Origin: Candidatus Sericytochromatia bacterium
GTDB lineage: Bacteria; Cyanobacteriota; Sericytochromatia; S15B-MN24; UBA4093
Direction: 5' to 3'
NCBI GenBank assembly: GCA_036676495.1
Contig: JAKFCT010000030.1
Span: 23,804 to 87,803 of the forward strand
DNA: 64,000 nucleotides
Shown here: positions 58,319 through 64,000 of the stretch, one piece after another
How the letters are laid out: every line of letters starts with the position of its first letter
Numbering within the stretch: position 1 is the first letter of the stretch
The notes under the pieces: model-generated
Database searches by the model: none
Told to the model about the DNA's origin: nothing
Seen by the model: the letters and a program-made list of their open reading frames with translations, nothing else
Position numbers and translations under genes: made by a program

Positions 58319-59553
58319 GGCGTGGGTTTCAGGATGCGCACCCGGTGATTGCCGCGATCCGAGACGTAGATGGTTCCGGCGGCGTCGACGAAGAGGCCAT
58401 AGGGAGTATCCAAGGTGGCGGCAAGGGCCGGGCCGTTGTCGCCGTTGGCGGCCTCCTCGGTGGCGGTCTCGCCCTCCGCCGGGACATGGCCCGCGATGGT
58501 CTGGATGCGGCCGTCGGGGGTCACCCGGCGGAGGCGGTTGTTGTTGGTGTCGGCGATGATCAGGTTGCCGGCGGGATCGTAGGCCACCGCGCCGGGGCCG
58601 TTGAGGCTGGCCTGCACCGCGGGGCCCCCGTCCCCGGCGAAGCCCCGGGCGTCGCTGCCGGCGATCGTGGTGAGGGTGCCATCCTTCTCGATGCGGCGGA
58701 TCCGGTTGTTGCCCTCGTCCGCGAAGACGACGCGTCCCTGGGGATCGAGCGTCAGGCCCTGCGGCCAGGTCAGCTTCGCCTGTACAGCCGGTCCGCCGTC
58801 GCCGGCGAAGCCCATCTCCCCCGTCCCGGCAATCACGGTGACCCGACGGTCAGCGTCAATTTTCAGGATGCGGTTCGCCCCGTTCTCGGCCACGTACAGG
58901 TTGTCCTGCGCGTCGATGGCGAGGCCGGCGGGGTTGCTGAGCGAGACGTCGAGGGCGTAGGCCCCATCGGTCACCGGGGCTTCCCCTCCGCCCGCGAAGG
59001 TGTAGGTATTGCCGATGGGGTCGATCATGCGGATCTTGCCGGGCACGCCGCCCGGATAGCCGTACTGCGCGACGAAAAGCCGGCCCTTCGAATCGAACGC
59101 GAGGCCCTCGGGTTTCGCGACGGGGGCTTCGGCCGCCTTCACGCTCTCGCTGGCGTCCTTGGTCTCCTGGATCCCGTAGACGTGATGGGCGATCCCCGTT
59201 TTCAAGTCAACCGAACGGACCACGTCGAACCCGAAATCGGAAACGTAGAGGCGGCCATCCGCCGCTCCGTAGAGGCTCGACGGCTTGTAGATGGTGGCGT
59301 CGACGGCGGGTCCGCCGTCTCCCCAGTAGCCGATGGCGCCGGTGCCGAAGAAGGCCTCGATGCGGTAGGCATCGGGGGTTCCGGGAGTCGGGGCGGGCGT
59401 GGGCGATTGCACGTCCCGGTCCTCCGGCGACGCGCTCGGCTGGGGCGTTCCGTCCGACCCGCCCGGGGTGATGACCGGACCCGTGGGGTGGTTGCAACCA
59501 ATCAAGGCAAGCGTGACGAGTACCGGCCAAAAAGGCCGAAGGCGGTGGCGCAT
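58315..59553 (-). CDS. NHL-repeat lipoprotein
   Basis: Lipobox LIGC after MRHRLRPFW, GDGGPAV.A.L..P repeats. Confidence 0.88.
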   Translation of the reverse strand: MRHRLRPFWPVLVTLALIGCNHPTGPVITPGGSDGTPQPSASPEDRDVQSPTPAPTPGTPDAYRIEAFFGTGAIGYWGDGGPAVDATIYKPSSLYGAADGRLYVSDFGFDVVRSVDLKTGIAHHVYGIQETKDASESVKAAEAPVAKPEGLAFDSKGRLFVAQYGYPGGVPGKIRMIDPIGNTYTFAGGGEAPVTDGAYALDVSLSNPAGLAIDAQDNLYVAENGANRILKIDADRRVTVIAGTGEMGFAGDGGPAVQAKLTWPQGLTLDPQGRVVFADEGNNRIRRIEKDGTLTTIAGSDARGFAGDGGPAVQASLNGPGAVAYDPAGNLIIADTNNNRLRRVTPDGRIQTIAGHVPAEGETATEEAANGDNGPALAATLDTPYGLFVDAAGTIYVSDRGNHRVRILKPTP

Positions 59554-59745
59554 GGCGATCTCCCTCTGTTCACCTCGCTCGCGGTGCAGGGTCACGAGCG
59601 CCACCTCAGCGTAGGACAAGCGAGTAAACGGAAGATCTCGGAGGAGTTACGCGGATATTTTCCCCCATGGCCCGAGGCCCCCCTCGCGCGTCCAAGGAGG
59701 CGCGAGGGGGGCCTCGGGGTCAGCGGCCGCGGAGACCGCCGGGAG

Positions 59746-59808
59746 TTAGCGCCCGCGGCTGTTGCGAAAGGCAGCGTAGCTGTCCTGCAGCAACGAAGAT
59801 CGCTCTAG
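59746..59808. repeat. CTAG-bounded ~63-bp dispersed repeat, copy C
   Basis: Near-identical to copy B. Its end supplies the JAB gene stop. Confidence 0.75.
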
Positions 59809-60677
59809 GAGCTGAGGACCGAAAGGCGGTCGTAAGCCTTCTTGATCTGGTGCTGGAAGTCCGTCACGGGCTCGTCGGTGGACGGGAACATCTTCTTGAA
59901 GAGGCCGCTGATCTGGCGCTGGGAGTAGCCCAGGAGCTGGCACTGGCTCGCGACCTTATCGGCGAGCTGCGCGAGGTCGGGCTTGGCATGCTCGCGCAGG
60001 ATCGCTTCGAGGTCGTCGTTGCGCTGGGTCAAGGTACGCACCAGCTGGACCATCATCTCGGCGCTGGGGGTTCCCGCCCCCTGACGGGCATTGGAGAGGA
60101 TCTGGTCGTAGAACTTGATCTGGGGGGCCAGGCGCGCGATCACACCTTCCACGTCGTGATAGCGCAGGATCTCCCGGGGCTCGCGGATGTCCTGCTTCAC
60201 ATCGTCGATGTGGAAGCAGCCGATGTCGATGGTGCCGATGAAGTGCCACTCGTAGCCGTAGAGTTCGTGCTGCTTGAGGAAGGCCTTCACGTCCATGTCG
60301 CTGAGCCAGAGCATGCGCTCCATGCGGCTACGGACCTGCTTGACCGAGGTCGAGAAGAGCGCGGGATGGGTGTGGAAGGCTCCGATCTCCGGGAGCACCA
60401 GGTCATTGGGCTTGCAGCGGTAGCGGACGCCGACCACCCGACGCCGCGAGGAGTGGAAGACTCCGGTCGTGAGGTTCTGGAACTCCATCAGCTGGTGGTC
60501 GTGGCCCCCAAAGACTCCCCCGCGCTCATCGAAAACGAAGATCCGGCGCTTGTGCGCGGTCTCCCGGTTCTCCTTGCTGGTCAGCGTATTCAGCATGTTA
60601 ATGCCAAATTCCTGGACGAATCGTTCGTGAACCTCGGGCGTGATGTTCAACCTGGAATCCCCCTCTAACGGCGTCAT
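59805..60677 (-). CDS. JAB/MPN(+)-like metalloprotein with a C-terminal three-helix domain
   Basis: ERGG, IGAFHTHP...WLSDMD (JAMM-like E...HxH...SxxD). Confidence 0.6.
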   Translation of the reverse strand: MTPLEGDSRLNITPEVHERFVQEFGINMLNTLTSKENRETAHKRRIFVFDERGGVFGGHDHQLMEFQNLTTGVFHSSRRRVVGVRYRCKPNDLVLPEIGAFHTHPALFSTSVKQVRSRMERMLWLSDMDVKAFLKQHELYGYEWHFIGTIDIGCFHIDDVKQDIREPREILRYHDVEGVIARLAPQIKFYDQILSNARQGAGTPSAEMMVQLVRTLTQRNDDLEAILREHAKPDLAQLADKVASQCQLLGYSQRQISGLFKKMFPSTDEPVTDFQHQIKKAYDRLSVLSS

Positions 60678-60828
60678 TACCTGGGGTTTTGTACCAAGGC
60701 ACGGGGGGCGGTAAACGCAACTTTTGTAAACGCAAGGTCGACCCGAAACGCGCTATTCCGCGTCCTCAGGGGACTTGAGCCTCCCGAAGCGCCGAAGCAC
60801 CACCGTCATGCCAAGGCTTGCTTGTTTG

Positions 60829-60904
60829 GATCGATCCGTTGTAAACATAGAACTAACGATCTTTCGATCACATGGATCGATCGATCACTTGCTTGCATGT
60901 GATC
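60829..60904. promoter_or_regulatory. GATC array (8 sites in 76 bp) in the dam / JAB divergent intergenic region
   Basis: GATC at 60829, 60833, 60858, 60866, 60875, 60879, 60883 and 60901, plus a ninth at 61002. Confidence 0.7.
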
Positions 60905-61021
60905 GGACGCACTGCGTCCTCCATGTCAGGTTGGAGAAGATAGGGGAAGGAACCGCGCCCTAGGCCGAAGAAGCGCCTGCGGCTCACAGCCCCCGCGGCT
61001 CGATCTATAAGGAGTAGGCAC

Positions 61022-61909
61022 ATGCTTCGTTCGTTGCAAGCGTCAAACCAGGGGAAGGCAAGCCCGTTCCTGAAGTGGGCCGGGGGTAAGGGCCGGCTGC
61101 TGGCTCAGTACCAGCCGCTCTTCCCGCAGCAGTTCGGCCGTTACTTCGAGCCGTTCGTCGGAGCCGGAGCCGTCTTCTTCCACCTGAATCCCGAGGAAGC
61201 ACACCTCTCGGACGTCAACCCCGAATTGGTCAACGCCTACACCGTCATCCGGGACCACGTGGACGAGCTGATCGCCATCCTGGGCGGCTACCAGCATGAT
61301 CGGGAGTTCTACTACGCCCTGCGCGCCCAGGATCCCACGACCCTGAGCCCCGCGGAGCGCGCCGCGCGGATCATCTACCTGAACAAGACGTGCTTCAATG
61401 GGCTCTACCGGGTGAACCGGCGCGGGCAGTTCAACGTGCCCTTCGGGGATTACAAGAACCCGCGGATCCTGGACGAGGCGGGCCTGCGCGCCGCCCATGC
61501 CGCCCTCCAGGGCGTGAGCGTCACGCACCAGGGCTTCGACGCGGTGCTGGCGGAAGCCAAGAGCGGGGATTTCGTCTACTTCGATCCCCCGTACCATCCC
61601 TTGAGCCCGACGGCCAGCTTCACGTCCTACGCGGCCGACGACTTCGGTCCCGAGGATCAGATCCGCCTGGCGGCCGTCTTCCGCCGCCTGGATGCCAAGG
61701 GCGTCAAGCTCATGCTCAGCAACTCGGACACGCCCTTCATTCGGGACCTCTACGAAGGCTTCCACATCCAGCAGGTCTGGGCGCCGCGCGCCATCAACCG
61801 GGATGCGGCAAAGCGCAAGGGAGTCGCCGAGGTGGTGGTGACCAACTACGCTCCCGTGGCGATCGCCCCGGCCGCGCCCGCGCTGGCCGTGGTCGCCGAC
61901 GGCCGCTAG
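61022..61909 (+). CDS. dam: Dam-family (D12 class) N6-adenine DNA methyltransferase, orphan
   Basis: LKWAGGK, YFEPFVGAGAV, NKTCFNGLYRVN..G.FNVPFG, FVYFDPPY, MLSNS. Confidence 0.92.
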   Translation: MLRSLQASNQGKASPFLKWAGGKGRLLAQYQPLFPQQFGRYFEPFVGAGAVFFHLNPEEAHLSDVNPELVNAYTVIRDHVDELIAILGGYQHDREFYYALRAQDPTTLSPAERAARIIYLNKTCFNGLYRVNRRGQFNVPFGDYKNPRILDEAGLRAAHAALQGVSVTHQGFDAVLAEAKSGDFVYFDPPYHPLSPTASFTSYAADDFGPEDQIRLAAVFRRLDAKGVKLMLSNSDTPFIRDLYEGFHIQQVWAPRAINRDAAKRKGVAEVVVTNYAPVAIAPAAPALAVVADGR

Positions 61910-62106
61910 ACCCGGGTCTTGAGGTGGTACTGAGCGCCTGAACTGAGCGCTCCACCCTCTCCCAGCTCGTTTCCATCCGCATCCGTGATGGCCGCCAGGC
62001 CGTTCCGGATGCGGATTTGCCATGCGGGGGGCAAGCGGTCGATCAGGTGCTGGACCCGGGCGCCGGGATGAAAGGTGTAAGGCTCGCCGTCGAGGGTGAC
62101 GATCAC
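61906..62106 (-). CDS. Small ThiS/MoaD-like beta-grasp protein without C-terminal GG
   Basis: MIVTLDGEPY.F..GARV..LI..L pattern and D..GNE....L..G..Y.L end. GTGA overlap with the uppP stop. Confidence 0.55.
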   Translation of the reverse strand: MIVTLDGEPYTFHPGARVQHLIDRLPPAWQIRIRNGLAAITDADGNELGEGGALSSGAQYHLKTRV

Positions 62107-62939
62107 GTGTGGGGAACGACGGTCAAGAGGCCGCGCACGGCGAGGTAGGCGACGAGGCCGCCCACGAAGAGGCGGTAGACGATGAAGACCATCATCGAGC
62201 GCTTCTGCAAGAAGGAGAGCAGGAACTTGATCACGAAGTAACCGGTCAAGGCCGAGGTGGCCACTCCCACCCCCATGGCGAGCAGCTCGGTCGAGCTGAG
62301 GCCCGCGCCGGGCAGATCGCGCAGCTTGAAGAGGCAGCTCGCGAAGATGATGGGCACTCCCAGCAGGAACGAGAAGCGGGCGGAGGCCTCACGGCTGAGG
62401 CCGCTGAACATGCCCATGGTCATCGTGGCCCCGGAGCGGGAAACGCCCGGGATCAGGGCGCAGGCCTGGGCGATGCCGATCAGGAGAGCGTCGCGCAGGG
62501 TGAGGTGCTTGACGTCGCGATCGCGCTTGCCCACGAACTCCGCCAAGAGCAGCAAGAGCGCCACGCCGGCGAGGGTGGAGGCGATCACGTAGGGAGAGCG
62601 CAGGGTGGTCTCGATGGCGTCCTCGAAGAGGATGCCGACGACGCCCGCGGGCACGCAGCCGATGATCGTGAGCCATGCCAGGCGCTGGTAGGGATCTTCG
62701 GCGAAGTTGGGGCGCCGCAGGCTGGTGAGGCCGGCCCGGATCATCTGGGAGAGATCCTCCCGGAAGTAGGCGGCCACCGCGAGGAAGGTCCCCACGTGCA
62801 GGGCGACGTCGAAGGTGAGGCCGGGATCCTTCCAGCCCATGAACAGCGGAGTCAGGATCAGGTGGGCGGTGCTGCTGATGGGCAGGAATTCCGTGATGCC
62901 CTGCACGATCCCGAGCACGACGGATTGAAGGATATCCAA
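62103..62939 (-). CDS. uppP: Undecaprenyl-diphosphate phosphatase
   Basis: GIVQGITEFLPISSTAH, ALIPGVSRSGAT, ARFSFLL. Confidence 0.96.
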   Translation of the reverse strand: MDILQSVVLGIVQGITEFLPISSTAHLILTPLFMGWKDPGLTFDVALHVGTFLAVAAYFREDLSQMIRAGLTSLRRPNFAEDPYQRLAWLTIIGCVPAGVVGILFEDAIETTLRSPYVIASTLAGVALLLLLAEFVGKRDRDVKHLTLRDALLIGIAQACALIPGVSRSGATMTMGMFSGLSREASARFSFLLGVPIIFASCLFKLRDLPGAGLSSTELLAMGVGVATSALTGYFVIKFLLSFLQKRSMMVFIVYRLFVGGLVAYLAVRGLLTVVPHT

Positions 62940-63025
62940 GACCGGTCCTTTCTACGAAACGCAAAACCACCGGCATGATAGCACAGGGTGGCGACGGGAG
63001 GCGTTCACCCGGAGCGGTCGACATG

Positions 63026-63054
63026 AAAAAAAGGGCCCCCGTCTCCGGGGGCCC
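63026..63054 (-). terminator. Intrinsic terminator
   Basis: GGGCCCCCG stem plus a 7-T tail on the minus strand. Confidence 0.75.
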
Positions 63055-63066
63055 CAGGCAAGCGGG

Positions 63067-63618
63067 TTACGGCTGGATGCGGTTGCCGAGACCGACGGAT
63101 CCGGCGACGAGGGCTTCGAGCTGGGAGTAGCTGGGGGATTCGTAGACCCGCCCCTCGTTGGCGGAGAGCTCGACCGTCTTGGCGACGAGGGTGCCGTAGA
63201 GGATGCCGCGCTGGACCTTGGCGGCGAAGTCGTCTCCGCGGTACTGAGCGAGGTCGGCGGGGCCCTTGATGCCCATATTCTCCATGACGTAGGCGAACTT
63301 CGGCTTCATATCGGGGATGCGCATGAGGTCGGCGCGCTGGCCGTAGCGGGTCAGATCCTGCTGGCTGACGCCGGTCAGGGCGCTGACGAGGAAGCGGCGG
63401 AACGATCCGGCGGTCCAGAAGGAGAGGCGGCCGGGGCTGGCGAGGCCGATCTTGCTGAGGCGGGAGAGGTGATCCTGGTTGGGTACCAGATCGACCACGG
63501 GCCCGGAGACGGCGGTGGGAGCAGGAGCCGGTGCCGAGGGGGTTTGGGCGGCGGTAGGCGCGGCGACCGAGAGGACGCGCGGCGCGGGCCGGTAGGTGGC
63601 GATTCCGACGGACTGCAT
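63067..63618 (-). CDS. DUF4332-like (helix-hairpin-helix) protein with a Pro/Ala-rich N-terminus
   Basis: GGGGAGG RBS before MQSVGIAT. LSKIGL...TGVS...L......ADLMRIP......A..ME..GI....DLA. Confidence 0.6.
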   Translation of the reverse strand: MQSVGIATYRPAPRVLSVAAPTAAQTPSAPAPAPTAVSGPVVDLVPNQDHLSRLSKIGLASPGRLSFWTAGSFRRFLVSALTGVSQQDLTRYGQRADLMRIPDMKPKFAYVMENMGIKGPADLAQYRGDDFAAKVQRGILYGTLVAKTVELSANEGRVYESPSYSQLEALVAGSVGLGNRIQP

Positions 63619-63769
63619 ATGGACCTCCCCTTGCGTGAATCCGAAGCTGTTAAGAAGGTTTTCGGAGGGGGGCGCCCCGGACTTTCTTAAGACGACGCTA
63701 AGGAATCGCAAAACTTCCTCTAAGACCGGAAAAAGCGCATGCGGCCGGGTTCCGGGGGAGGCGGGCGGT

Positions 63770-63832
63770 GCGGGCCGCTGTGCCTGGGGGGCGGGCCTCT
63801 GTGCCTGTGGGGCGGGCATCTGTGCCCGCCAT
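63770..63832. repeat. Three tandem 21-bp REP-derived units
   Basis: GCGGGC(C/A)(G/T)CTGTGCC units at 63770, 63791 and 63812. The last matches the REP at 2313/2428. Confidence 0.7.
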
Positions 63833-63843
63833 GTACCTCAACG

Positions 63844-63873
63844 TTGACAGCCCAGGGGGGGACGTAGTACGCT
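63844..63873 (+). promoter_or_regulatory. Sigma70 promoter of the tRNA operon
   Basis: TTGACA-N18-TACGCT ending 11 nt before the tRNA. Confidence 0.6.
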
Positions 63874-63884
63874 GAAAGTCGCAT

Positions 63885-63961
63885 CGGGACGTAGCGCAGT
63901 TTGGTAGCGCGCCTGCTTTGGGAGCAGGGGGTCGCAGGTTCGAATCCTGTCGTCCCGACCA
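63885..63961 (+). tRNA. tRNA-Pro(TGG)
   Basis: CGGGACG acceptor stem, CCTGC-TT TGG GA-GCAGG anticodon arm, GGTTCGAATCC, encoded CCA. Confidence 0.96.
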
Positions 63962-63972
63962 GGTTCTTTTGC

Positions 63973-64000
63973 GCGGGAGTAACTCAGTTGGTAGAGTTCC
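63973..64000 (+). tRNA. 5' part of a second tRNA (probably tRNA-Gly), truncated by the window
   Basis: GCGGGAG TA ACTCAGTTGGTAGAGT D-arm. The anticodon is not in the window. Confidence 0.7.

Noticed and set aside
60829-60904. GATC cluster as oriC
   Set aside because: No TTATCCACA DnaA boxes were seen and there is no dnaA/dnaN/gidA context. It cannot be fully excluded without GC-skew data.
60775-60963. 62-aa ORF across the GATC array
   Set aside because: TTG start without a clear RBS and atypical codon usage. More likely non-coding regulatory DNA.
63619-63819. N-terminal PAPQAQR repeats of the 250-aa ORF
   Set aside because: They come from translating the non-coding REP tandem. The RBS-supported start is at 63618.

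Overview
GC-rich bacterial chromosomal window from a diderm organism (Omp85 barrels, a secretin and many lipoproteins). The gene mix loosely suggests a non-photosynthetic cyanobacterial relative such as Ca. Sericytochromatia, but that is a weak inference. Left part: truncated leuS, a PRC-barrel protein, three KGG/GsiB-like stress proteins, an OPT transporter, a complete Opp/Dpp ABC operon, a stand-alone WYL protein, a zincin lipoprotein and two head-to-head ~1000-aa zincin + PD40 propeller + Omp85 paralogues. Middle: beta-carbonic anhydrase, dprA-topA-trmFO-(tdk)-xerC, a His kinase plus GGDEF/HD-GYP protein, sbcDC and PspC proteins. Right part: a divergent satellite Tad module, a near-complete Tad/Flp operon with twin pilins, three NHL lipoproteins, a dihaem cytochrome c, a JAB-domain protein, an orphan Dam methylase, a beta-grasp protein, uppP and the start of a tRNA cluster. 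The most notable unexplained signals are (i) 8 GATC sites in 76 bp between the divergent JAB gene and dam, (ii) the divergent protease-Omp85 pair beside two peptide importers, one copy preceded by ATGA-coupled mini-ORFs, (iii) a ~62-bp CTAG-bounded repeat that supplies gene stop codons, and (iv) a second, degenerate Tad module. No CRISPR array, transposase or prophage was recognised.
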